A DNA stretch of 60,629 nucleotides, filler included, from Basidiobolus meristosporus CBS 931.73 (GCA_002104905.1; 3 parts of 3 records of this genome joined end to end with filler, not necessarily neighbours in it); one strand, 5' to 3'. Positions 8,979-21,116 are shown, counted from the whole stretch's first letter. Program-made: numbers and translations. Notes: generated by a model from the sequence alone, not told the origin.

Positions 8979-11673
8979 TCAGATTTCTGCATCAATTATG
9001 CCATCAAAGTCAGGGTCCATATCTTCAGACAACTGTGGTCCCTTCCTGGAAAGTGCATTGGCCACAACATTTGTCTTGCCAGGGATATGTCTGACCTCAA
9101 AGTCAAACATTTTCAGCCATGCCATCCACCAATTTGTGGCATCATCAGGTAGATCAGGCTTGTTGATCATTCCTATAAGTGGCTTAGCATCTGTCTCCAG
9201 GATGAAATGTGTCATGTAGAGTTGTGACTTCAGCTTTCTCAGCATCTTCACAACTCCTAGTAGCTCTCTCTTAATCTGTGAGTATCTTTGTTCTCTAGGA
9301 GAGAAGAGGCAGCTCTCATATCTGCAGGCATAGCAGTTGCCACCTTCATCATCTTGGCCAAGTAGTGCTCCAGCACCTATAGGACTTGCATCCACTGTCA
9401 AGATAGGTGGGCATTCAGTGTTCTGATAGTCAAGAGGTCTTAGAACCGGTGGAGATACTAAGGCCTCTTTTAGTAATTGCATGGCCTCTTCTTGCTCTTC
9501 TCCCCAGATAAATGGGGTATTCTTTCTCTGTAGTCGGTAGATTGGTTCTGCTATCTCAGAAAATCTTGGGATCCAGATCCTAAAGAACCCACAAGCTGCC
9601 ACAAAGCCGCAAGCTTGTGTTAGATTTGTGGAGGTAGGCCAGTTGCATACTTTTTGTGTTTTGGAGTCTCCAGGTGAATGACAAAAGTGTTGCATTTTTG
9701 TCCAACAATGGATATCTCTGATACACCAAAGCTGCTTTTCTCACCACTGATGGTGAGTCCAGCTTTTTCAATGGCTCCTAATATGGCATCATTGTCTGAA
9801 ATATGGTCATAGACAAACTTTCTTACTCCAGGCATAACTTCAGTTGTGTCCCGGAGTTTTGGTCCTTTGATGCCTATGTCATCAACAAAGACAGTAAGTT
9901 CCTCAGGTATAAACTGGTAGAGCACATTCACCATGCATCTCTGGAACTGAGCCACGGAGTTTGTTGCCCCTTGGCTGAGTCTTGTCATTCTTAACAGTCC
10001 AAATGGTGTCTGGAGTGCAAACATATCTCTTGATGTCTCATCTAGGGGAATATGGTCATATCCTGAGTAGAGATCATATGTTGAGCAGATGGAGTGACTA
10101 CTAAAGCTCTCTGCAAAGTCATCAATAGATGGAGGTATTGCGGCATCTCTGATGGTGACAGCTTTGCAGGTTGCATGTCTTGAATGAATTGCAGCTTTCC
10201 ATTCTTCTTTTTGGTCACAAACCATCTGTTAGCATAAGGTCCATGGCAAGGTTCTAGGATACCAGCTTCAATCTTCTTCTTAAGTAGGTCATGCACATCA
10301 GCTTGGAGTCCTCTAGGTAGTGGGTAAGGCTTAAATGACCAGGGTGTGTGGGGCACTGTATGAATCTTGATAGGTTTTTCAACCAATGTCTTTAAGAGTC
10401 CCATCTCCTTATTGTTATATGAGAAAACCTTATCATGCCTTATCAAGGTTTCTTCAAATAGTAAGATCTCCTCCGGTGTTAGGTTTCCATCACCAATGAT
10501 AAGTTGCTTAAGTCTCTCAGGTGTAAGTTGTATATCTTCTGGTGTTCCTTCTGGTGGTCTGATGTAATCAGCAGGTCAAGATCCATCAGTTAAAGGTGTA
10601 AGTGATGGTCTAATCTTCTGTTCTACTGTCTTGCATTTTGTGCAAACCATAGCAGTCTGCTCCTGTATACCTAATGAGCAGCTCCAAATGTTGAGGTGTA
10701 TATTGTCAGGCTACTCATCTTCTTCCATAATAAGATGTGTCTTCTGGCAAGCGGTATGTGTCCTCTTATTGTTGGGTGCTACCCCACAGAATGTTGACTG
10801 TAGTCCTGGGTTGGATCCTTGTATAGTGTACCACACTGACCCATCAGAATAGTTGGTAGTTGCAGCCTTAGTACTGGTCTCCCATGGTCTGCCTAACAGA
10901 AGGTCAAAGTTTGCCTTCTGGCAGATAAAGAGGGGAAGCCAGACCTTGATTCCTTATACCTCAATAGGGAACTTGTGCACTACACCATAGAGTGGGCTAG
11001 ATCCTGAGTTTGCATCAGTCATGTTCCATCCAATATCTCTATCAACAGGCAGTAGCTCCTTGCTTCTAAGCGTCTTCCAGAAGTCTAGCAGCATAACACA
11101 AATCTCTGAACCACTGTCAATATGACAGTCAACAGGATCATCATAAATATACCCTTTCACCACAGCAGTTGCAACTGAGTAAAAGGTCTTATATTTGGTA
11201 GCATTGCCATCCTTTTTGTGGTCTTCATGGTTTGTCTGGATTATATGGGTGTCCATATGTTCAACAGCTGGTCTTCTTGTTCTAAGCTGCTCATCAAAGG
11301 TCTTTCTAACAGACGGTGATACACTCATGATTTCTCCAACTGACAAAGTGAGGTTCTGCTTCAGTATTTTCTCAGTAATCAATTGGGGGCTTGAGTAGCC
11401 TGCTATCTTTGAGGTCATCTGAAAGTGAGGTAATGGGTCTTGGGTGGGCAGTGTTCCAGGCCTCTTGTCAATAATAACTTCAGGCTCTTCAAATTGTGGT
11501 CTTCTAAGGATGGGTTTGACAGGTTCTTCAGGAAGGTGTCTCTTAGTAGCAAAGGTGTCTACTTTGTATTTTCTGTTGTCAGGGCTGTTTGGACTCACTG
11601 TATGAGTCTCAATAGGGGCATCAACAGTAATCTTTCTAGTTGCTGAGTCAGACTTCTGGAAAAGGGCTCTCAA
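8979..11673 (-). pseudogene. pol: Gypsy protease / reverse transcriptase / RNase H, interrupted by stops and frameshifts
   Basis: IDSGSEI (aspartic protease), TYDLYSGYDHIPL, MTRLSQGATNS, FVDDIGI (RT), TVDASPIGAGA and LETDAKPL (RNase H) across ORFs 10954..11673, 10042..10446, 9620..10225 and 8979..9695. Confidence 0.9.
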
Positions 11674-11682
11674 TCCACCTTT

Positions 11683-12534
11683 TCAGAAATTAGTGGGAAT
11701 CCTTTTTCCTTCTTTATCAGCAAGCATTCCATCAGCATCAAACTGTACTGTTCCTTCTCTAAGTAGCTGGCTAAGCTCTGAGCATTCTTGTCTGGCATGC
11801 TGAGTAGAGTCACACCAAATGCAGTGTCTAGGCAAAGCTCTTTGGCCCTCAGTAGCTACCTCAGCTGAGCCGTTAATCTTGAGGGCTAGCTTTTGTAGCT
11901 GTTCAGCAAGTTGGTCAATTCTGTTGGTAGTGTAGGTCTGATTGTCAGCAACAGCACTCTTTAGCTCCTTGGTTGGCTGGTCTGGCAGATTAGATGTCAG
12001 GAGTCTCATAAAAGTAGAAGTTTGCTTTGCCTCTAGGAGTACACATTTCATCTCTGCAAAGCAAGGAATGCCAGACTTGTCATCCTTGGCTGCATGTAGG
12101 TCAACTTTCCTTGCCAATTCCTGGGGAAGCCCTTGTGCAAGGTAAAGTGTCATGGTAGACTCAGTTATCACCTGGGACTCTAGGAGTGTCTTGGCCATAT
12201 CTTCATACTGTTGAATGAACTCTTCAAGTGGTAGCTTGGAGAGTCCCATCCTTCCAAAGTGTCTGAGGTCTTCAATTCCATTGTATATCTGGGGTCTGCC
12301 ATACTTGGTCTGTAGGTAGGTCTTCATTAAGGTCCAGTCAGTCAGAATGTCTCCTTGTCTGAGAAGCTTAGTAGTGATATCATTGGTGCAGTAGTAGGGG
12401 AAGTCTTCAGCCATTTCTTGTTCAGATAGGCTGCACATGTAGCAGAGCTTCTCCCATTTGAATATGAAGCTCTCCACATTCTTTCCATCAAACTGTGGGG
12501 CTCCATGTGAGAGTGGTAACGGCATAGAGTTCAT
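11683..12534 (-). CDS. gag: Gypsy Gag with CX2CX4HX4C knuckle
   Basis: APQFDGKNVESF N-terminus and CIWCDSTQHARQEC knuckle. In frame with the next ORF across a TGA. Confidence 0.85.
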   Translation of the reverse strand: MNSMPLPLSHGAPQFDGKNVESFIFKWEKLCYMCSLSEQEMAEDFPYYCTNDITTKLLRQGDILTDWTLMKTYLQTKYGRPQIYNGIEDLRHFGRMGLSKLPLEEFIQQYEDMAKTLLESQVITESTMTLYLAQGLPQELARKVDLHAAKDDKSGIPCFAEMKCVLLEAKQTSTFMRLLTSNLPDQPTKELKSAVADNQTYTTNRIDQLAEQLQKLALKINGSAEVATEGQRALPRHCIWCDSTQHARQECSELSQLLREGTVQFDADGMLADKEGKRIPTNF

Positions 12535-12652
12535 TTTGGGTGGGTAGGTTAGTGTTGTAGTCTTGATAATATTAGTAGTCTTCTTTCAAGAAACGGGTAA
12601 CAGCTCAAATCTTCAGATAAATCTTGTTGGGTCCTAGGGAGCTTGTATGAAC

Positions 12653-12670
12653 CCCCCATGTTGGGTGCCA
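12653..12670 (-). other. Primer-binding site, tRNA-Lys type (mutated)
   Basis: Minus strand reads TGGCACCCAACATGGGGG, 4 nt after the LTR-terminal CA. Compare the known tRNA-Lys1,2 PBS TGGCGCCCAACGTGGGGC. Confidence 0.75.
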
Positions 12671-12674
12671 AATA

Positions 12675-13335
12675 TGTGGTGGTGTATAAGTCCAAAGGGC
12701 AAAATACAGCCAACACTTCTCAAGTGTGAATGTGTGTGGGGTGTTCACTGGGTGCAATAACCTCTGACAAAAGCTTGCTAGGAATACTGGGTCTTTTGTC
12801 TTATCTAATGTGATGGGGGATAAAGCCTCAAGCTTGTCAAGGGAAAACTATTGAACTACAATCCCCAACTAAGTTGGCGTCTTAACAAAAGTATATAACA
12901 GCTTTGACGTCCTTTGAGATGACAATGTACTAAAGCTTCCAAAGTCAAAACAACTGTAAACTCCACCAACAGGGACTTGATAAGAATGCAGCTTTGACCA
13001 ATAGTTACAAAGACTGAAAAGTATCTTTGCCTGTACAAGAACAAACTTGGGAAAGAATCAAATATAATAAAAGATACGTACTCTGAGTATTCCTCACAAG
13101 TAGTGCCTCCAAGGTCAGTTAGCTGTCAGCATGGTTTCCTGGGAGTGCTGTCAGGTCTGAGTCAGAAAATAGTGGTAATAGGTAGTGGTGATCTCACTAA
13201 TCAATAAGTCGGAATATTGGAAGAGGGATGATTTATTTTAAGGGATAGCCTCCCTTATATACTTTTTTGCTGCTCAATTTCTTGCTAGAAAATACTTTCC
13301 GGGAGTTTCCAGAAGGTAGTAGACAGCCAATCATA
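12675..13335 (-). repeat. 5' LTR of Gypsy-1, cut by a MITE
   Basis: TGTGGTGGTG terminus next to the PBS. About 90% similar to 14221-14690. Confidence 0.85.
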
Positions 13336-14068
13336 AGACTTGTTCTGTTGGATAGTGCCACATTGTGCCATGAGTGCCAAATGATGCCATAGTGTGCCAG
13401 AGAGGCCAAGTAAGCCTATACTTAGCCACAGAGTGTGAAACATAGATCTGCATCTTCATGCAAAGCAGCCTCTGTGTCTCACTCATTGTGATAGAGAAAA
13501 TCCATTTTTTGACCTTTTTTTTAGGTCAATGTTGTACAGGATGTGCAAGAGCATTAAAGGATTGAAGATATACATCTGGTACTCAATACCCATGGCACTC
13601 TGAATCTAGCTCCTGTGGCTTGTACCATGTCACAAAAATGCATGGCACTATCTTGGTCCACTGGTACTATCTGGCACTATATTTAAATATTAGCCCTAAA
13701 GTAAGATCAATACAAAGCACTTATAGTGCTAGATAGTACCAGTGGACCAAGATAGTGCCATGCATTTTTGTGACATGTTACAAGCCACAAGAGCTAGACT
13801 CAGAGTGCCATGGGTATTGAGTACCAGATGTATATCTTCAATCCTTTAGTGCTCTTGCACATCCTGCACAATATTGATCCACAAAAAAATGTCAAAAAAT
13901 GGATTTTCTCCTGCATCATAGGTGAGACACATGGGATGCTTTGCATGAAGATGCAGATCTATGTTTCACACTCTGTGGCTAAGTATAGGTTTACTTGGCC
14001 TCTCTGGCACACTATGGCATCATTTGGCACTCATGGCTCAATGTGGCACTATCCAACGGAACAAGTCT
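13336..14068. mobile_element. Fold-back MITE (733 bp), Harbinger-like family
   Basis: Termini AGACTTGTTC(T/C)GTTGGATAGTGCCACA match the right end of the element at 41631-45057. Arms 13336-13681 and 13722-14068 are inverted copies (about 93%) around a 40-bp spacer. Confidence 0.92.
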
Positions 14069-14221
14069 TATGATTGGCTGTCTACTACCTTCTGGAAGCT
14101 TCCAGAAAATATTTTCTAGCAAGAATTTGAGCAGCAAAAAAGGATTTAAGGGAGGCTATCCCTTGAAAATAAATCATCCCTCATTCAATATTTCAACTTA
14201 TTGATTAGTGAGATCACCACT
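14069..14221 (+). repeat. Inverted copy of Gypsy-1 LTR segment 13184-13335
   Basis: The reverse complement aligns with about 12 differences in 152 bp, starting exactly at the MITE terminus. Confidence 0.9.
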
Positions 14222-17200
14222 GTGGTGGTGTATGGGTCCAAGGGGGAGATACGTCCAACACTTCTCAAGTGTTTTGTGGGTGGGGTGTTCACTGGGTGCA
14301 ATAATCTCTGGCAAAAGCTTGCTAGGAATACTTGGGTTCTGTCTCTAATCTAATGTGAAGGGGAATAAAGCCACAAGCTTGTCAAGGGAAAACTATTTAG
14401 CTACAATCCCCAACTTAGTTGGCATCTTGACAAAAGTATGTGCTGGGTTCAGCATCCTTTGGGATGACAATGTACTAAAGCTTCTAAAGTCAAAACAACT
14501 GTAAACTCTACCAGCAGGGACTTGATAAGAATGCAGCTGTGGTCAATAGTTACAAAGACAGAAAAGTATCTTTGCCTGTACAAGAACAAACTTGGGAAAG
14601 AATCAAATATAATAAAAGATACGTACTCTGAGTATTCCTCACAAGTAGTGCCTCCAAGGTCAGTTGGCTGTCAGCGTGGTTTCCTGGGAGTGTCATGTGG
14701 TCTGGGGTTGGAAGTTCAGGTAGCAGCAGGTAGCAGTGATCACACTAATCAACAAGTTGGTATATTGATAAAAGGGATGATGATTCATTGTTGAGGGATA
14801 GCCTCCCTTACATACTTTTCTTACTGGCTAAGTGATTACTAATCATGGTGTTCCAGAAGGTTCTGGATATCAATAGAAATCTTAATGACAACAGAATGAC
14901 CTAAGAATGTTCTAAGTAGGTGCCGGAAGGTTCTAAGAGGCACAGAACATCAAACCAATCAGGAATCAGTACTCTGAAGCCTGTGTAACATAGGGATACC
15001 ATATATGGTATGAAAATGGTAGGGATGGTGACACGGGTTGATCATGTGTCACAGGTACTGGCTTGGGTACTTGCCTAATATAGAAGCACTTATAGCTAGT
15101 AATCTACATAAAGTGAGGGGTAACTTATGCAATAAGGTAAGCAGGTGTGATAGTCAACCAGTTTATGGGATAGTACTGATTGGGTAAGACAAATGGGATA
15201 AAACTAAAATAAATGTAGTAGAGATATAGGGAAGTAGAAAATGAGGGAATGAGCACATCTGTCAGTGGGTGTCACTGTCACCCCACTACATCCACTCCCC
15301 TCTCAGCTTTGAACTTGGGTCAAAGCAAATTAATTTTGATGTGCAAAATTCCTATGCTTGAATAACTTAAGCCGGTTTCCAGCAACTGGTGCTCTCAACT
15401 GGGTGTTGTCAAGCTCAGATATGTAACAACTTTCATTTCCAATCACTTTGGAAATGAGGTAAGGGCCTGTCCATTTGTTGTCAAACTTCTGACTCCATTG
15501 TTTGTCCAAGGTGGAATCATAGAGTAATTCTGGGTCTCCTAGTGATAGTGGTTTTGGTCTTGTTGGGTGTGATTTTCAAAGGTCACCTTGTTCTTCAGTT
15601 GTGTATCCTTAAGTTGTTCAGCAGCTCTGCTGATATTCAAGTCATGGTGATCAAGTTGCTGTATGCAAGTTGCAAGGAGGTCTTCAGTCTGCATATTGGA
15701 TCTCCAATTCAATGAGTTCCAAGTGACTGTGTCTAACTCAACTGGTAGTATGCAGTCATGTTCATAGAGTAGTTTGAATAGCAATAATCCAGTTGTTCTC
15801 TTGGTAGTATTTCTATCTGCCCAGAGTGCAAGATGTAACTGCTGTGGCCACAGTTTTGTGTTATTCTTGCAGGCCTTGACAAGAGAGTTCACCAATGGTC
15901 CATGTCCTCTCTCTATCATTCCATTGGCTTGAGGGTGGTAAGCTGTTGTAAAAGCAATGTGTATCTTGTACTTTGAGCACAACTCCTGGATCATTTGGGA
16001 TGTCATCTCTCCTCTGTCAGCAACAAACTGTTGGATGCAGCCAAATCTGCAGATGATGTCTTCAAGTATAAATCTCCATATGGTATGGCTCTTGTTGTTG
16101 GGCAAGGCTTGAGCCTCTGCCCATCCACTAAGGTCATCTCTAGCAACAATCAGGTACTTTTTTGATCCAGCTGTTGTCATGTGGACAAGGTCAATACCAA
16201 CCTTTTGCCATAGGCAGATTGTGTAAGTAGGATGCAGTGGTTCTTCATAATGCTTGGAGGATCTCTTCTGGCAGGCTTCACATGACTCAACAAAGTGTTG
16301 GATATCATAGTACATGTTTTCCCAGTAGTACCTCTGAGCTGTGGTATTGTAGGTGGCTTCTTGTCCTCTATGTCCTCCTGGTTCTCCTTGGTGGATACTT
16401 GTCATGATGTTCAGTTGCTCTTGAGGGGTAGTGACTACTCTTCTTGGCATAAGGCCAGGCTTCACTTGCTTAAAGAGAAGATCAACTTTAAGATAGTAGT
16501 GGTGTGCCTTCTTCCTGAGTTTTCTAAACTCCTGAATTTCCATCCAACTAGGTTTGTTAAGTGTCCTTAGATATTCCTTGATCAGACTCCAGGTAGTTCT
16601 CTCTTGGTCTTTGATGGCAATCTGTTGGATCTCTGCATCAATAATATCATCAAAGTGAGGGTCCAAGTCTTCAAATAATTGTGGTCCCTTCCTGGAGAGT
16701 GCATCAGCCACAACATTTGTCTTGCCAGGGATATGTCTGACGTCAAAGTCAAACATTCTCAGCCATGCCCATCCATTGGTTTGTGGCATCATCAGGTAGG
16801 TCAGGCTTGTTGATCATTCCTACAAGTGGCTTGGCATCTGTCTCCAGGATGAAATGAGTCATGTAGAGTTGTGACTTCTGCTTCCTCAGCATCTTCACAA
16901 CTCCTAGTAGCTCTCTCTTAATCTGTGAGTATCTTGGTTCTCTAGGCAAGAATAGGCAGCTCTTATATCTGCAGGCATAGTGGTTGCCATCTCTGTCATC
17001 TTGTCCAAATAGTGCTCCAGCTCCTATAGGGCTTGCATCCACTGTCAAAATAGGTGGGCATTCAGTGTTTTGATAGTCAAGAGGTCTTAGAACCGGTGGA
17101 GATACTAAGGCCTCTTTCAGTAATTGCATGGCTTCTTCTTGCTCCTCTCCCCAGATAAATGGGGTATTCTTTCTCTGTAGTTGGTAGATTGGTTCTGCTA

Positions 17201-19274
17201 TCTCAGAAAATCTTGGGATCCAGATCCTAAAGAACCCACAAGCTGCCACAAAGCCACAAGCTTGTGTTAGATTTGTGGGGGTGGGCCAGTTGCATATCTT
17301 TTGTGTCTTGGAATCTCCAGGTGAACAACCAAAGGTGTTGCATTTTTGTCCAACAATGGATATCTCTAATACACCAAAGCTGCTTTCCTCACCACTGATG
17401 GTGAGTCCAGCTTCTTCAATGGCTCCTAATATGGCATCATTGTCTGAAATATGGTCATAGACAAACTTTCTTACTCCAGGCATGACTTCAGTGGTGTCCT
17501 GGGTTTTTGGTCCTTTGATGCCTATGTCATCAATAAAGACAGCACGTTTCTCAGGTATAAACTAATAGAGCACATTCACCATGCATCTCTGGAACTGAGC
17601 CACAGAGTTTGTAGCCCCTTGGCTGAGTCTTGTCATCCTTAAAAGTCCAAATGGTGTCTGTAGTGCAAACATATCTCTTGATGTCTCATCAAGGGGAATC
17701 TGGTCATATCCTGAGTAGAGATCATATGTTGAGTAGACGGAGTGGCCACTAAAGCTTTCTGCAAAGTCATCAATAGATGGAGGTATAGCAGCATCTCTGA
17801 TAGTGACAGCATTTGCAGGTTGCATGTCTTGAATGAATTGGAGCTTTCCATTCTTCTTTTTGGTCACAAACCATCTGTTAACATAGGGTCCAGGGCAAGG
17901 TTCTAGAATACCAGCTTCTATCTTCTTCTTAAGTAGGTCTTGGACATCAGCTTGGAGTCCTCTGGGCAGTGGGTAAGGCTTAAATGACCAGGGTGTGTGG
18001 GGCACTATAAGAATCTTGATAGGTTTTTCAACCAATGTCTTTAAGAGCCCCATTTCCTTGTCATTATATGAGAAAACCTTATCATGCTTTTTCAAAGTTT
18101 CTCCAAATAATAGTATCTCTTCAGGTGTAAGGTTTCCATCACCAATGATAAGTTGCTTAAGTCTCTCAAGTGTAAGTTGTATATCTTCTGGTGTTTCTTC
18201 TGGTGGTCTAATGTAATCAGCAGGTTGGGATCCATCAGTCAAAGGTGTAAGTGATGGTCTAATCTTCTGTTCTACTGTCTTGTATTTTGTCCAAACCATA
18301 GCAGTCTGCTCCTGTATACCTAATGAGCAGCTCCAAATGTTGAGGTGTATATTGTCAGGCTCCTCATCTTCTTCCATAATAAGATGTGTCTTCTGGCAAG
18401 CAGTATGTGTCCTCTTATTGTTGGGTGTTACACCACATAAGGCTGACTGTAGTCCTGGGTTGGATCCTTGTATGGTGTACCATACTGACCCATTGGAATA
18501 GTTGGTAGTTGTAGCCTTAGTACTGGTTTTCCATGGTCTACCTAGCAGAAGTTCAAAGTTTGCCTTCTGGCAGATAAAGAGGGGAAGCCAGACCTTGATT
18601 CCTTGTACCTCAATAGGTAACTTGTGTACTACATCATAGAGTGGACTAGATCCCAAGTTTGTATCAGTCATGTTCCATCCAATATCTCTATCAACAGGCA
18701 GTAGCTCCTTGCTTCTAAGTGTCTTCCAGAAGTCTAATGGCATAACACAAATCTCTGCCAATATGGCAGTCAACAGGGTCATCAGATATATACCCTTTCA
18801 CCACAGCAGTTGCAACTGAGTAAAAGGTCTTATACTCAGTAGTGTTGTCATCCTTTTGGTGGTCTTCAAGGTTTGTCTGAATTATATGGGTGTCCATATG
18901 TTCATCAACTTGTTGTCTTGTTCTGAGCTGCTCATCAAAGGTCTTCCTGACAGATGGGAATACACTCATGATTTCTCCAACCGACAAAGTGAGGTCCTGC
19001 TTCAGCAGCTTCTCAGTAATCAGTTGAGGGCTTGAGTATCTTGCTATCTTTGAGGTCATCTGAAAGTGAGGCAATGGATTTTGGGTGGGCAGCATACTAG
19101 GCCTCTTGTCAATAACAACTTCAGGTTCTTTAAATTGTGGTCTTCTAAGGATGCGTTTGGCAGGTTCTTCAGGGAGGTGTCTTTTGGTAGCAAAGGATCA
19201 ACTTTGTATTGTCTGTTGTCAGGCTGCTTGGATTCACTTTATGAGTCCCAATAGGGGCATCAACAGTAATCTTT
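14221..19274 (-). mobile_element. Ty3/Gypsy element Gypsy-2 (same family as Gypsy-1), 5' part lost in the scaffold gap
   Basis: Complete 1070-bp 3' LTR (14221-15290, TGTGGTGG...CCCCACTACA on +). PPT at 15291-15304. IN, RH, RT and PR ORFs at 15539..19095. Confidence 0.93.
15330..19274 (-). pseudogene. pol: Gypsy-2 gag C-terminus and pol (PR-RT-RH-IN) with frameshifts
   Basis: ORFs 18715..19095, 17562..18782, 16749..17483 and 15539..16792 carry the same motifs as Gypsy-1. Integrase stop at 15330-15332 in another frame. Confidence 0.9.
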
Positions 19275-19374
19275 NNNNNNNNNNNNNNNNNNNNNNNNNN
19301 NNNNNNNNNNNNNNNNNNTTAATTAATTAANNNNNNNNNNNNNNNNNNNNNNNNNNNNNNNNNNNNNNNNNNNN
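19275..19374. other. Scaffold gap (44 N + TTAATTAATTAA + 44 N)
   Basis: Directly visible. Artificial spacer with stops in all frames. True gap size unknown. Confidence 0.97.
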
Positions 19375-21116
19375 TCACCATTTTCTCTCTCCACCATAGC
19401 CTTAAACTACCTGAGCTTAGACAGGGCTTCTTCCTTTCTCTCCATGAAGTAGTCCTGCATGTATCTTGTATAATCATCAATAATAGTGATTAAATACTTC
19501 ATCCCATCTAGGAATAAATTTTGCATAGGTCAACACAGATCTGAGTGATTAGATCTAATATTTCTTGGTTTTGATTAACCCAGAGCTCTTGAACAGTTGT
19601 CTGGCTTGTTTCCCATATATGCAGGCTTTACAGTGCTCCAAATTAGCTGGGGGATCAATTTTTACTCTGTAAATTAGCTAATATTTTATCATTTTGCACA
19701 AATAATCAAGATTGATGTGTCCAAATCTCCTGTGCCAAAGCATTGGGGTTTCTTCATTCAAATTACTTATGCTGGATTCTAGATATGATGTAATATAATT
19801 TGACTTGTATAGATTCTGATCTCTGATACCAAAAACAATATGGGCACCATTTTGATCAGTAATCCTGCATACAGAACTGTCAAAGCTGAAACTGAGTCCT
19901 ACTGCAGTGGCCTTGCTTACAGAGAGTAGGTTCTTGGCTATCTCAGGTAGATAGAGTACTTCTTGAAAGATCAGTGTATAGCTTCCTTCACTGCTTCTAA
20001 GGTTTACTTGGATAGTTCCTTCTCCCACTGCATCAAGTGTTTGATTGTCACCCATGAAAACCTTCTTGATTGGAATTTCTTGAAATTGGGTAAAAAGTTC
20101 TTTTTGGTGTGTAAAGTGTTGAGATGCTCCAGAGTCAATGTACCATGTCTGAGAGTCCTTGTTTAGGGTCATATTAAGTGCAGATATGAATAGTCTATCT
20201 TCAGTTGTTGCAGCATTTCCATATTTAGGCTTTTTCTGCTGACTTTAGCTCTTTTTGAAGCACCAGTCCAATGTGTGTCCTTTCCTGTTACAGTAGTTGC
20301 AAAACTGGTTGCTGTTACCTTTGAAGGCTCTTGAATACCTCCTTAGTTGGTTATCATTGCTTATTAAAGGATTTTCTTCTTCCATCTTATTGGTGCTTGA
20401 TTTTCTTAATTCTTCATCTAGGAGCCATCTATATATGGAATTTAAGGTCAAATTTTCAGTTCTGGACTCTAGGGCTGAAAGAGGGCCCTGAGACTTGTCT
20501 GTCAGGCTATTCAGGATGGTAACTATCACATCCTCATCAGTAGTTGGTATGCCCACAGATTCTGTCACATCCACTAGCAGGGTAGTTCTTTTAATTAGAT
20601 TATTCATTTCTTCTCCTGGCTACATATTTGTAGTAAAAGATTTTTGTCTCAGATACATTTTCTTAGCAGCTGAACATGACTGGTAGGTGTCTTCTAATGC
20701 CTTCCAGGCATTTTTTTCCATTTTGCTCTTGAGCATTTAATTGGCAGTTTGTCTTCAAAATTAATGCAAATGCAGTTGTAGGCACTTTGTTCTTTCTTCT
20801 AGTACTTTAAGGCTACCTCTCCCATGTTTTTAGGAGGGCATTCTTCTCCAATGACAATATCCCAAAGGCCTCTCTCTTGTAGCAGCATCCTCAACTTCAC
20901 CTTCCACACTTGGTAGTTATATCCATCCAACTTATCAGTAGAGGGAAAAGTTTCAGTGATAGCAGTAGTAGACATTGCAGAGAGTGACAGCTTGGGGCTC
21001 ATAGCCTGTTGTCAGAGTCTGAGAAGTATTGGAAGTGATTAGCTGGACAAGTAGATTATGTGGTTTTCACTTGATGAATTATTGACTGTAAAAGTAGTAA
21101 ATATACTTTACATGAT
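19375..21116 (-). mobile_element. Ty1/Copia 5' portion (LTR fragment, PBS, gag, PR, start of IN)
   Basis: LTR fragment 21007-21116 and PBS 20995-21006. Motifs CNYCNRKGHTLDWC, WYIDSGASQHF and LWHRRFGHIN. Homologous to 4707-6690. Confidence 0.9.

Larger units (their letters stand above)
7061..13335 (-). mobile_element. Ty3/Gypsy LTR retrotransposon Gypsy-1, both LTRs incomplete
   Basis: Order gag-PR-RT-RH-IN on minus. PPT (AGAGGGGGGTGGA) at 7644-7656. PBS at 12653-12670. Partial 3' LTR 7061-7643 and partial 5' LTR 12675-13335 overlap over about 165 bp at roughly 96% identity. Confidence 0.93.

Noticed and set aside
11674-11690. Programmed gag-pol readthrough at the Gypsy-1 gag TGA
   Set aside because: The context TGA AAA GGT is not a known leaky context and the same element has other stops. 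The Gypsy-2 counterpart is in the gap, so it cannot be supported.
19319-19330. TTAATTAATTAA palindrome inside N runs (also 45155-45166)
   Set aside because: Identical, centred in 44+44 Ns in both gaps, so an assembly spacer rather than biology.
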